The position numbers were made by a program, and so were the translations under genes. A stretch of 62,866 nt of DNA, counting the filler, from Octopus bimaculoides (taxonomy: Eukaryota): NCBI RefSeq assembly GCF_001194135.2. It is 7 parts of 6 records of this genome, joined end to end, with 100 filler letters (N's around TTAATTAATTAA, not from the genome) between each part and the next. Parts side by side here need not be neighbours in the genome. Positions count along the whole stretch, not along the records: positions 1 to 10,593 come from NC_068985.1; positions 10,694 to 15,287 come from NC_068991.1; 5 more parts are not named here. One strand, given 5' to 3'. Shown here one piece after another: positions 1-11,674 of the stretch. Below the pieces are notes generated by a model. That model had not been told where the DNA came from. It saw nothing but the letters and a program-made list of their open reading frames with translations, and ran no database searches. Positions within the stretch are counted from its first letter, which is position 1, and every line of letters starts with the position of its first letter.

Positions 1-66
<66 letters not shown>

Positions 67-103
67 GTGTGTCTGTGTGTGTGTGTGTGTATATATATAT
101 ATG
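1..103. repeat. (AT)n/(GT)n microsatellite
   Basis: Directly visible dinucleotide runs. Confidence 0.95.
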
Positions 104-140
104 CACACTATTATATTGATATAATAAGTTGCTACCTTAC

Positions 141-966
141 CTTTTTCAAACATCTTCACCGTGAAAATAGCTGGTTGAATCTTGTTTCGAAAGATCGCCT
201 TGAATTCTTTCCTGAAGGCAGGAGTGATTAGTATGTACATCACAAAATTGAAAGTGTTGTTTGCAAACAGCACCAACACAGTTATACTGTCCAATTCATT
301 TGCAACCGGGTGAAAAGCCAGTGATATAGATATAGGCAAGGTGGAAACAAGAAAGGAAAAGTTCAGTGCCAATATCAGTTTTACACTACTGCTATTGCTT
401 CGGATGTTTTTATGCGTTATCTTATATATTAAGGTGATACTTGCCAGAATTAAGATAAATGCTGGCAAAAAGCAATAAATACAGATTTGGATTCGAATAA
501 CTTGATCTTCGCTAAGGAAACCTGTGACATTGTTGACAACACATCCAACGTTGAAAATACAGAGAACCCCGAAAAGCTTCAGAATGGATCGTTTCGGGGA
601 CATATTTACATGCCTGAGTTGATTACAAAATGGTTGGTGCACGGCGATTGTTCTCTGTACAGCTATCAAAACTGTGAGCCATGAAGAAGCTTGCAAGCAG
701 ATATTCAACAAAAACAGCGAAATTTTCTCGTAGAGCGGGTTGAACGACATAGAGATGAGAAAAGTTTTCAGAATGAAAGGGCTTAGTCCAAAACATAAAG
801 ATAACAAATCCATTATGCAAAGAAATCGGAGATATAGTACGAGTTTGAATTCCTGCGTTGATCTCTTCCGTAGGATTATCAACGATACGACATTTCCTAG
901 AGTTCCAATGAAAATCATCAATATTCCCAAAATAATTACTATGATGGAGTCTATGCGTTCAGCCAT
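141..966 (-). CDS. Rhodopsin-class (class A) 7TM GPCR of peptide-receptor-like/chemoreceptor-like type; one exon holding all 7 TMs, C-terminus probably completed by an exon outside the window
   Basis: Hand translation of the minus strand from ATG at 966 (in-frame TAA upstream at 991-993) gives 275 stop-free codons: MAERIDSIIVIILGILMIFIGTLGNVVSLIIL (TM1 GN), LRFLCIMDLL (TM2 D), SSWLTVLIAVQRTIAVHQP (TM3, ERY-like), YCFLPAFILILASITLIYKI (TM5), KLILALNFSFLVSTLPISI (TM6), LFANNTFNFVMYILITPAFRKEF (TM7/helix 8). It ends at a consensus donor AAG|GTAAG (GT at 140-139). Confidence 0.9.
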
Positions 967-1046
967 CGTGAAATAACTCCGTTCTAGAATTTACCAAAAG
1001 TTCATTGAAGTAATTATATTATTTATAATAATATTTGGCTTTGTAC

Positions 1047-1472
<426 letters not shown>

Positions 1473-1928
1473 ACAGAACCAGAACAGGTTGTAATTGAGG
1501 AGTGAAGAGCAATGGTAGAACAACTTGTTGAAGTAATGGCCAATTACTTTTGACGTTACACGTAGTTTTGGTGGTATATTTGGCTGAAATAGGAATATTG
1601 CATGCCGCCTTCGTAAACAAACGTATTGAAAACATACAATAATTGAATATTGTGTTCCTAATGAAGACACAACAATTGATAATCTTTGAAGTAATTGCTT
1701 CTTGCTTTCTTTCTCTCTCTCTCCCTCTCCATCCTTCTCTCTCTTTATCTTTCTCTTTCTCTTTTTCTCTTTCTTTCTCTCTCTCATCCTCTCTCTCTCT
1801 CCCTCTCTCCCCTTCTCTCTCTTTCTTTCTCTTTCCTTGACTTTCGATCTTTAATTGTCTTTTTATTTCCTTTTTCTTCCTCTCTTTCTCAATTTGTATT
1901 CATTAGTTTGTGCAAACGTGTGTATTCA

Positions 1929-1966
<38 letters not shown>

Positions 1967-2289
1967 TATATACATACATAGAAACACACGCGCAAATACA
2001 CGCACACACATACATACACACAAACGCAGAGAGAGAGAGAAACAAATCGCCACTACTTCGTAGATTTTCCATAGGTACGTACACACACTCGCGCATATAT
2101 AATATACACACTCAATATGTAGGTATATAAGGCGATTGAGAATATAAGGCTAGCCCCTAAATTAGCGTTTAAAATGCAAGGTTTGAGTTTTGCGATTACC
2201 GATTTGCATAGAGTACCCAGCAATATTTTACAATCTCATGTACAGGAGTTGAATTTAGCTCAACGTATAACAGTCTTTTACAAGACGGT

Positions 2290-2735
2290 CATGCGTTCCG
2301 GTTAGCTTATATTTGTAGATGTTGAATCAAATCTAACACTTGAAACCTATAGCTAGTTATATAAGGTTATCAAAATTATAAAGGCTTCTTGTTAGTGATT
2401 GGTGAAGACAATATTCCAATAGTTACAGAGGTATTGTAGTTTGGCAATTACCACTGAGCAACTACTACCTCATCATTCCTTTAACAACTATGTCAGTGAC
2501 TAGTGGAATGATGTTAGTTAAACATACAGCTAATTAATATTGTCTTGGTTATTAAAATTTAGGTCAATTCATTTCAAATAATAGCGAAACAGTCAATAGC
2601 ATAGCTACTGGTGTAGCCATGGATTCTAAGATGGGTCATAGTTATGCCAACTTCTTCATAGGATAAATAATTGGGACTGGATCTTCTACTAGTTCAAACA
2701 GTCCGAATTTGTACAATCGTTGTATTAATCAATGA
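2290..2735 (+). mobile_element. Penelope-like element reverse transcriptase remnant (degenerate)
   Basis: Fragmentary translation FVDVES...GVAMDSKMGHSYANFFIG (2610-2663)...PNLYNRCI resembles PLE RT motifs (GxAMGSxxxPxYANLFM, xYxRYIDD); many stops and frameshifts. Confidence 0.65.
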
Positions 2736-2739
2736 TGGC

Positions 2740-2890
2740 CAAATGGTTTAAGAAGTTTGCTCTGCAGTCACGACGTTCTGAGTTCAATTCCACTGCGCGG
2801 TATCTGAGGGAAATGTCATTTTCTATAGTCTCGGTTCAATCTGTACTTTGCCAGAGAAATTAGATAGGTGGAAACTGCATTTAAGCCTAT
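2740..2890 (+). mobile_element. Degenerate tRNA-derived SINE head (family 1)
   Basis: Diverged match to the 11170-11330 copy (...ttctgagttcaattccactgcgcgg...ggaaactg). Confidence 0.55.
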
Positions 2891-3267
2891 CGAATGGCTT
2901 ATATCTGTCATTCAAAAATATAAAACCTTGTTACACGGTGTGTTATACTGAGATTCTACGTGAAAATTCTGTTAAAGGTACACGTGTCTATGGAATAGCC
3001 AACTATTTACACTATTACGCTACTTACACTTACATTAATTACAAATAGATTAATTACGAATACTTGCAACTATTTCAGGAGCGAGTGATTCTATTGATCG
3101 GGTAAATGAATCTTCTTCGTTGAACGATGGAGAACCACCATACCACCATTTCCACCATCATACTAAAGATTCTATTGGTGCAATGTTCTCTTTCCCTCTC
3201 TCTTTCTTTCTTTTCTTCTTTCTCTCCCGCTCTGTACATCCATATATCCGGTACTATCAGAAAACAT

Positions 3268-3302
3268 CACTCAGATGAAAGACATTGTCCGAAACGTTAC
3301 AG
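3268..3302 (+). ncRNA. Degenerate Penelope-type minimal hammerhead ribozyme motif
   Basis: CAGATGA-A-AGAC-ATT-GTCC-GAAACGTT (3272-3298): core with U4->A, one stem II mismatch, palindromic ACGT stem III. Confidence 0.4.
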
Positions 3303-3854
3303 CTTGCTCGTCGTCGCTCCGAACCAGTTAATTAAACTCGTTAAACGGGATCATTAGGCAGAATTTTTAGAACGTCAGACAAATATCTTAGGGTAATTTT
3401 TTCGGCACTTTGTATTCTGAATTCAAATCCTACCGAAGTTAGCATTGCCTTTCAGCACCACCGCCTGGGATGAAAACAAAAATAAAGAACTCTCAGAATT
3501 GAATATACTACGCTGTGAAAGATTCATAGGGAACATCATAGTGAGGCATTCGCAACACCAGTGAATATTTATGAACTGCTTGCTCTGTGGGAGGCGACGA
3601 GTTCTCATTCAAGTATGTGGCTGGGTGGTTGTGGGTAAACAATCATTGATGAGGCCTAAGAAGACCGAAATACCTCGAACGTCCTCACTGGCTGTTGCTA
3701 GGCCGATTTTCCTCTCCCTCCAGTATTTATTGTTTATCACACAGCTCGTCCCTAAGAAATGTTATCATGGGATGAATACCGCAATAACTAGCCTATCAGC
3801 GATTTATATGCATTAACTGTGATATCTAGATGACTTATTTTAATTTAATACTAG

Positions 3855-4105
3855 TGGTTAGGCTATTGCACTTACGATCACTAGATCGTGGGGTCGATCT
3901 CCTGATTGGGTGGTGCGTTGTGTTCTTGAGCAAAACACTTCATTTTACATTGCTCCAGTCCCCCTTCGATCAGGTGGGGATTGTTGGCCTGCTCACCTAG
4001 CCATCAGGATGGCGTCTTTTGAAGGCTAAAACAATGCAAAACTGCATTGTGATCAGCGATGTGTAACAACATCTGATAGCCTGGTTGGTCACGTGATCAC
4101 GTGAC
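3855..4105 (+). mobile_element. Old tRNA-derived SINE ending in a palindromic double E-box
   Basis: tRNA-like head gtggttagg...ggggtcgatctcc; body gttcttgagcaaaacacttc...ttgctccagtc, related to 13675-13720; ends gtcacgtgatcacgtgac. Confidence 0.55.
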
Positions 4106-4189
4106 TGCTTCAATTAAGTTTATCGGCGAAATGAGACCACCCCGGAGGTGAACAAAAATGACAGTTATCGATATTTTGCAGATTTTTCT

Positions 4190-4350
4190 ACTCGCTTCCA
4201 CACAATTTTCGCCTACCAATTTCACTTACAATGTATTGATCAGCTCGAGGCCACGGTAAAAGACAATTGCCTAAGATGCCACGCAATGGGATTGAACCCG
4301 AGACCACGTGGTCCGAGGCGAACTTCTTAACCATGCACGCAGCCATGCCT
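4190..4350 (-). mobile_element. Degenerate SINE family 1 head
   Basis: Diverged reverse complement of the 11170-11330 copy (gccacgcaatgggattgaacccgagaccacgtgg). Confidence 0.55.
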
Positions 4351-4446
4351 ACACCTATATCGAATATATGATGAAAAAACAATTCAACCACCAAACAAAA
4401 GCATTATGAAAATAAAAACAAAAATAATCTTGCAAAAACACTTCAC

Positions 4447-4479
<33 letters not shown>

Positions 4480-5337
4480 TCTCACACACACACACACATC
4501 TCACACACACACATCTCATACACACATCTCTCTCTCACACACACACATGCGCGCATATCTCACTTATGATAGAGCCTCTACAGAGTTGCTTGATATGCTA
4601 AAAGTAACAGTCAAATATCCATCAAATCAAACCCCATCATTTTAAAGTTAGGAAGGTAGAATCGGATAGCACTCGACAAGTTGGAATGGTCTCAGCCGGA
4701 ATACTTATTGGTCATAGGCCTTTTCGGTTAGAGTTGCAACAACAGCCGCGGCAGGAGCAACAACAGCCGCGGCAGGAGCAACAACAACAATAACAAGAAC
4801 TACCTTTTCTTGCAGTATGTTAATGTCTTTATGTTGTCTTTATGTTGTCTTTATGTTGTCGCTCGAACTGCGAGAAATGGTAGAGAAATTTTCTTCCAGT
4901 TACAATGTTAATGCCATGAAAAGTGCTGAGGTTGTTGTGGTGTGGTGGTGGTGGTGGTGGTGGTGGGGGTACCTTGTACAAATGTAGTCCTAGATACACA
5001 AAGCGCTTGAGAAAAGACGGGATGGTAACGGTTGAACTACCTTTAAGTTTCAGGTTTACTCAGTAAAACATTGATCTGTGACTAAATAACAATATAAAAC
5101 AACAGTGACGACGACGGCAGCAACACCAACAACAGCAGCAATAACAATGATGACACTAACAACTACAACTACAATAGTAACGGCAACAACAACAACAACA
5201 ACAATGACGATAACGACGACAACAACAACAACAGCAACAACCTTACTTCCAATAAGCTTCGCTTCTAAAGGCGCCTGTTTCGTTGTTTGCTCAATCTGAT
5301 AGTTTTGATTTGGAATACAAGAAATAGCAGTGAAGTC

Positions 5338-5605
5338 TCTCTCTTACTCTCTTACTTGTTTCAGTCATTTGACTGTGGCCATGCTGGAGCGCCACCTTTT
5401 AGTCGAGCTAATCGACCCCAGGACTTATTCTTTGTAAGCCTAGTTCTTATTCTATCGGTCTCTTTAGCCGAACCGCTAAGTTACGGGGACGTAAATACAC
5501 CAGTATCGGTTGTCAAGCGGTGTTGAGGGGATAAACACAGACACACAAACATACACACACACACACACACACACGCACACATATATATATATATATATAT
5601 ATATA
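5338..5605 (-). mobile_element. SINE family 1, 3' half plus internal (CA/AT)n
   Basis: cttacttgtttcagtcatttgactgtggccatgctggagc...gccgaaccgctaagttacggggacgtaaa, near-identical to 25163-25378 and 58680-58860. Confidence 0.85.
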
Positions 5606-6376
5606 NNNNNNNNNNNNNNNNNNNNNNNNNNNNNNNNNNNNNNNNNNNNNNNNNNNNNNNNNNNNNNNNNNNNNNNNNNNNNNNNNNNNNNNNNNNNNNN
5701 NNNNNNNNNNNNNNNNNNNNNNNNNNNNNNNNNNNNNNNNNNNNNNNNNNNNNNNNNNNNNNNNNNNNNNNNNNNNNNNNNNNNNNNNNNNNNNNNNNNN
5801 NNNNNNNNNNNNNNNNNNNNNNNNNNNNNNNNNNNNNNNNNNNNNNNNNNNNNNNNNNNNNNNNNNNNNNNNNNNNNNNNNNNNNNNNNNNNNNNNNNNN
5901 NNNNNNNNNNNNNNNNNNNNNNNNNNNNNNNNNNNNNNNNNNNNNNNNNNNNNNNNNNNNNNNNNNNNNNNNNNNNNNNNNNNNNNNNNNNNNNNNNNNN
6001 NNNNNNNNNNNNNNNNNNNNNNNNNNNNNNNNNNNNNNNNNNNNNNNNNNNNNNNNNNNNNNNNNNNNNNNNNNNNNNNNNNNNNNNNNNNNNNNNNNNN
6101 NNNNNNNNNNNNNNNNNNNNNNNNNNNNNNNNNNNNNNNNNNNNNNNNNNNNNNNNNNNNNNNNNNNNNNNNNNNNNNNNNNNNNNNNNNNNNNNNNNNN
6201 NNNNNNNNNNNNNNNNNNNNNNNNNNNNNNNNNNNNNNNNNNNNNNNNNNNNNNNNNNNNNNNNNNNNNNNNNNNNNNNNNNNNNNNNNNNNNNNNNNNN
6301 NNNNNNNNNNNNNNNNNNNNNNNNNNNNNNNNNNNNNNNNNNNNNNNNNNNNNNNNNNNNNNNNNNNNNNNNNNNN

Positions 6377-6850
6377 CGCCGCCGCTGCCTCGCCACCACC
6401 GCCACCATCCCGACCAATAACAATAATAACAACAATCTTGCAATTTAATTAGATTACTACTGGCAATTGAAACGTCAATTTTTCCGTGACTAACAGGCTG
6501 GACCGAATTCATTTTGTTTTGTATTTAATTAGAAACAAGAAATACAACAGCAACAAGTATTAGCAAAATAACAGCAGCAGCAACAACAATAACACCGTCA
6601 CAATGAACCTGATGTTGGCGTCCACTACCACCATCACCACCACAGCAACAACAACGGTAACATCATTGCCACCCCTATCACTACCAACAACAACACAGCA
6701 ACCATCACCATCACTAGCACAAGTTCCACCACCATCACCATCTCCACCACCACCAATTACCTCCGCCAACAGCAACACCGCTTCCTCCAGCACCAGCAGC
6801 AACATCAACAACGCCGTTACCATCACCACCATCATCATCTGCAACAGAGA
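6377..6850. repeat. Trinucleotide-rich low complexity (GCC/CAC/AAC/CAT)
   Basis: Directly visible; similar tracts at 5100-5240, 10694-10920, 13830-14110 and 17460-17700. Confidence 0.9.
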
Positions 6851-7430
6851 CAACATTACGTGATAGCGAGGACGCTTCTACAGCGTTGCTCGTCTTGTAT
6901 GAAGTCAGAGCCGAATTTTCGTGAAATAGCTCACCATATCGCCCTCAAAAACCGTTAAATATACAGGTTAGCTTAAATATGATATGCCAGAAAAGAAGAC
7001 AGGATGGTCATAGGAAGGATGTATATCAAATGATAGATTCCTGAGCCGCAAAAATATTTCTCTCAGCACGAAGGTACTTCGCCAGTGCACGACTGAAGCT
7101 CACGAAGTATCACGAAGTATCACAAAGCACAGTTCTAAAACCCTTTGCAAAGCTGTCCTACACAATACCCGTACAATCCCACACGCAACCAAATGATAAG
7201 GGTGATGGCAGAGTCGTTAAAACGTCAGATAGAATGTCTCGCAGTATTTGTTCTGGCTCTTTTCAGTGTGAGTTCAAATTCTGCCGTATCAACTTCATTT
7301 TCATTTAGATGAAAAAAAAAAAAGACCCATAGCAAAGCATTGGATTGGCGGAACTGTTAAAACGTTGGACTAGGTAGCTTAGAATATTTGTTCCTGTTCT
7401 ATGCTTTCTGGTTTCAAATTTTACCATGGG

Positions 7431-7586
7431 TTATTTTGCTGGAACACTTAATCTGTCACCCGGTTGAACATCATCACTTGGCACCTTGGGTGCCTTTAGT
7501 GGAGTCTCCTCAGTTAAAAGCATTCGGACCGGGACTCCAGATTGAGGATATCCCCTTCCTTCTTTCCCACAAGGCTCAGAATCCTT
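7431..7586 (-). CDS. Possible orphan terminal exon
   Basis: gaccttttag|AAG GAT... reads KDSEPCGKEGRGYPQSGVPVRMLLTEETPLKAPKVPSDDVQPGDRLSVPAK*; unique sequence, no family recognised. Confidence 0.2.
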   Translation of the reverse strand, partial: KDSEPCGKEGRGYPQSGVPVRMLLTEETPLKAPKVPSDDVQPGDRLSVPAK

Positions 7587-7924
7587 CTAAAAGGTCATGA
7601 ACAATGTACTTCCCTCATGATTAAAACATATTTGCGCAATTAATCAAGAAATACGACTTAACTTCAAACAACACAGCTTGAAGGATAATTACATGAATAG
7701 TAACAATGATTGCATCAATAATGATAATAAAAAGAAGATAACTACTGTGAATTCACTTCCTAATATTATGTCATCGCAGAACATTTAAAAATAAATAACC
7801 GTTTCACACAAAAATTAACTTTGTAAACACGATATACAAATCTAAAAATATTTCGAGTCAACATGAACGGCATTAAAACCATCGTTATCGAACTAAAAGA
7901 TTTTATCATGATGCAAGATAAGAC

Positions 7925-8130
7925 AGCGAGCTGGCCGAACTGTTAACGAATCAGATAAAATGCGTAGCCACATTTCTTCAGGCACATTACGTTCTGAGTT
8001 CAAATTCCACCGAGGTCGACTTTGCCTTTCATCCTTTCGAGATCGCTAAAGTAAGTACCAATCAATTACCGGGATCAATGTATTCTCCCCATAAAATTAC
8101 TTGCTTCGTGCCAAACTTTGGAACCTTTAT
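7925..8130 (+). mobile_element. SINE family 2
   Basis: gcgagctggccgaa...ttctgagttcaaattccaccgaggtcgactttgcctttcatcctttc...taagtacc; partial copies at ~3340-3480, 7205-7310, 7330-7440 and 12700-12790. Confidence 0.8.
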
Positions 8131-8436
8131 CACTCATGAAACATAATATTCTTTTAAGAAGCATTTTTACTGCGAGAATACAAAATACCCAACATTAGAA
8201 AATATACTCAAACCAGATCAAGTAGATCCTTATATAACTTGCTTTCAAAGATATAGAACATCACAAATGACATCCATAAACTAATGTGAAATGATAGAAC
8301 AGTATTAGATGTAGGCTTCCAAAATATATATACAGCAGAGAGAGAGAAGGAGAGAGAAGAGAGATACATACACACACACACACAGAAAGAGATATATGTG
8401 CACACACACATACACACACACACTCATATACATGTA

Positions 8437-8890
8437 CAGGATGTCCCCAAAAAATATACTCACATTTTGACTCCCCATAACTCACTGAATTTTTCAATTC
8501 TTTTCCGATCAATTTGACCCTAATAATGGCAGCAGTATGACTAAATTTTCAAGTAAGAAAATCTAACATAAAGTGCTATTGGAAGCATGAAAATATCATG
8601 GAAGTGCAAAGACAGTTTAGAGGACAGTTTCACAAAGATCCACCAATGCCATGCACCATTGCACGCACATGAGATAAGTTCGAATCAGGCAGAACTGATT
8701 AATGTCCATGAGGAGCATTCAGGAAGACCACGGTCATCAACCGGCTCCACAAAGGAAGAACAATTGCTGGAAACTTTCTAGCAATCCCCACAGAAATCTG
8801 TATGACAAATGGCTCGTGAGATGGGGGTCCCCAAATCAAACGCCCATCACATCTTAAAGTGAGTTGGTTGGAAATGTTGGACGAAATAAC
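8437..8890 (+). mobile_element. 5' fragment of a Tc1/mariner-superfamily (DD37D-like) transposon
   Basis: TA|CAGGATGTCCCC terminus; decayed HTH region ...INVHEEHSGRPRSSTGSTKEEQLLETF...KSVxQMAREMGVPKSNAHHILK. Confidence 0.65.
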
Positions 8891-9079
8891 ATGGATCCTG
8901 GAATACATCACGGGAAGTCTGTAGCTTATTCCCCTTCCTATACCCAAATAATTTTGATAAGTTGTGCTTCACTAACATCCTCATGTTTGCTCCTATTCTT
9001 TTTCTGCCCTTTCAAAAAGACAAACACACTGTACCTATTGTTAACTATTTCCCTATATGTATTAACCCTCCCAACCACT

Positions 9080-9215
9080 TAGACCCTCTGAAGAAGCCTA
9101 GAGGTACATTCATCATCTAAACTTTATCTGCCCATTCCTGCAGAACACTGAGGAGATGTAGATGGCATAGAGGATTTCGTTGCCTTTTGGCAGAAACGGC
9201 CGTAATTAACTAGAA
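9080..9215 (+). ncRNA. Hammerhead-like core in a probable Penelope terminal repeat
   Basis: CTGAGGA (9148-9154)...GAAACGGCCGTA (9193-9204) with palindromic stem III ACGGCCGT and a GUA triplet; second CTGAAGA at 9088; stems I and II poorly paired. Confidence 0.35.
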
Positions 9216-9560
9216 CCTAGTGTCAATCTGATCTTTTGCCCTTTTCTGGAATATTAGTGCATGCGTGTGTAACACATAGTTATTATATGTGTATGTATTC
9301 TTCTAATACTTTCTAATACTTTAGAATAAATAGACATACTAGCATGTCTACAGGCTGATGTATGTCATTTTTGTATCCTCTCCATTTTCTCATTTGCCGT
9401 ATAAATTAAGGGTAAACCACTTTTTATCCCCGCCCATGTATAACACTCAATTGCGAGATTGCCACGCAATAACCAGCACTTGGGTATGAATAATTGGGCA
9501 CTCTGGCAGCAGTATATTGGATAGCTGCTATCCCTTGGTTGGTTTCCCAACCTCTAACTA

Positions 9561-9656
<96 letters not shown>

Positions 9657-9663
9657 ATGTATG

Positions 9664-10530
9664 TATATATACTACATATGTGGGAAATCCTGTCTGTGGG
9701 TGTGTTTGTGACGTTGTTAGCTAACTCCTCCTACATCGTTTTATCGATTTTCCTGAAACTTGACACGTGAGTAGAACTTATGCTGGAAACCTCATGTCAT
9801 ACTCAGATTATTGAAAAAAATCGATAACAGGACGCCTGGAAGGGATCCTTATATATAGCCAAGGGAAATAACCCATTCATTTTCCTAAGTTATTTGGCAA
9901 AAATGAAATTGAATATGCTTATTTCTTAATATTTGAACTGTTAGAGTTATTTTCGCAATTTATCCAGTACAACCCTTAAACAAGTAAATAGTATTTTCCT
10001 AAACAATAGATCCACTTATTTCAGTTAGTGTCTTATTCACGAATATACCAACACTAGCACCGCTGAGGATAATATTCTCTGAGAACGCACAAAAGCCCTT
10101 TTCAGAGTTATTTACTTTGAATTGTTATTATTTCATATCTGATTGGCCTGTTATTACATAACACGCGTCATGATTTTTGTATACATACCTTATTAGTATT
10201 TCCTCCTATGTTCTATATACTCTGGGAACACATTAAAGCCCTTTCGAGGCTACTTTATTTGAATTCTTACTATTGGGTAACTAATTTCATGTTTTCACAT
10301 AACTGACTTCACAATTTGGTTATTCATAACTTATTGGCAATCCCTAAAAACAAGATCATGTGTAAGACAGTTTGGTATTCTCTGTAAATGCACAAAAAAC
10401 AGTTTTCATTGGTACATACTTCGTATTGTTGTTATTGGATTATTGGATTATTGGATTAGCGAAACAATTATGTGAATGGAACCAAGGGATAAGCCCCGCT
10501 TTCCCGGGAATTACCGGGTACGTCGGCTAG
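9664..10530 (+). mobile_element. Non-autonomous Helitron
   Basis: 3' hairpin CCCGG-GAATTA-CCGGG (10503-10518), then CTAG (10527-10530) and T; 5' region tatactac...tgtctgtgggtgtgtttgt...aactcctcctacatcgttttatcgattttcctgaaacttg resembles Helitron-N 5' ends. Confidence 0.7.
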
Positions 10531-10593
10531 TATATATATATATATATATCTGTGTGTGTGTGTGTATACCTATATATATATATATATATATAT

Positions 10594-10693
10594 NNNNNNN
10601 NNNNNNNNNNNNNNNNNNNNNNNNNNNNNNNNNNNNNTTAATTAATTAANNNNNNNNNNNNNNNNNNNNNNNNNNNNNNNNNNNNNNNNNNNN
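10594..10693. other. Artificial scaffold linker N44-TTAATTAATTAA-N44
   Basis: Exactly 100 nt with a 12-mer carrying stops in all six frames; recurs six times. Confidence 0.9.
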
Positions 10694-11169
10694 GTGGTGG
10701 TGGTGGTGGTGGTAAAAGCGTTTGTGGTAGCGGTAATACAGTCAGTGTGGGTGGTGATAGTCACGGTTGTAGTGACGGTGATAGTAAGTAGTGTTGGTGG
10801 CAGTGGTGGCGGTTGTCATGATGGTGGTTCTGGTAATAATGTCGTTGAAAGCAATAATAGGTGGTAGCAGTGGTGGTGTTGGTGGCTGCGGTGGTGGTAG
10901 CGATGTTGGTGGAGGTCGTCATCGTGAAAGAATACTATAGATAATGACAGCGTTGAGATACTTCCAGAGATGAAATAACATGACCACCACCACTTAGGAT
11001 GCCATATTGTCGTCGCTGTTTAACTCCGGGTCTCTCTTGATCCAGCTGTCCCATAATGAAAAGCGCTCCAGTTTTGACCATCCATCAAACAAGCTCCATA
11101 TTTTTCGAACGGACTTAACCAAAAGCAGACAGAAATCTATATAATCATCCTAGTTTTCCTTAAATAGAC

Positions 11170-11327
11170 AGGCGTGGCTGTGTGGTAAGAAGCTTGCTTC
11201 CCAACTTCATGGTTCCGGGTTCAGTCCGACTGCGTGGCACCTTGAGGTAAGTTTCTTCTATTATAGCTTCGAGCCGACCAAATCCTTGTCAGTGGATTTG
11301 GTAGACGGAAACTGAAAGAAGCCCGTC

Positions 11328-11370
<43 letters not shown>

Positions 11371-11400
11371 CGTCTGTACTTATGTTTGTCCCCCCACCAT
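11170..11400 (+). mobile_element. SINE family 1, tRNA-like head plus internal (GT)n
   Basis: ggcgtggctgtgtggtaagaagcttgcttccc...gggttcagtcc...gtggatttggtagacggaaactgaaagaagcccgtcg, then (GT)n and an N gap. Confidence 0.85.
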
Positions 11401-11641
11401 NNNNNNNNNNNNNNNNNNNNNNNNNNNNNNNNNNNNNNNNNNNNNNNNNNNNNNNNNNNNNNNNNNNNNNNNNNNNNNNNNNNNNNNNNNNNNNNNNNNN
11501 NNNNNNNNNNNNNNNNNNNNNNNNNNNNNNNNNNNNNNNNNNNNNNNNNNNNNNNNNNNNNNNNNNNNNNNNNNNNNNNNNNNNNNNNNNNNNNNNNNNN
11601 NNNNNNNNNNNNNNNNNNNNNNNNNNNNNNNNNNNNNNNNN

Positions 11642-11674
<33 letters not shown>

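Noticed and set aside
487-976. Listed ORFs 487-684(+), 623-820(-) and 740-976(+)
   Set aside because: They are shadow frames of the real minus-strand GPCR exon.
1500-1700. Unique-looking segment upstream of the GPCR with a CTAATGAAGAC hammerhead-like start
   Set aside because: No GAAAC partner or paired stems, and no convincing reading frame; may be UTR.
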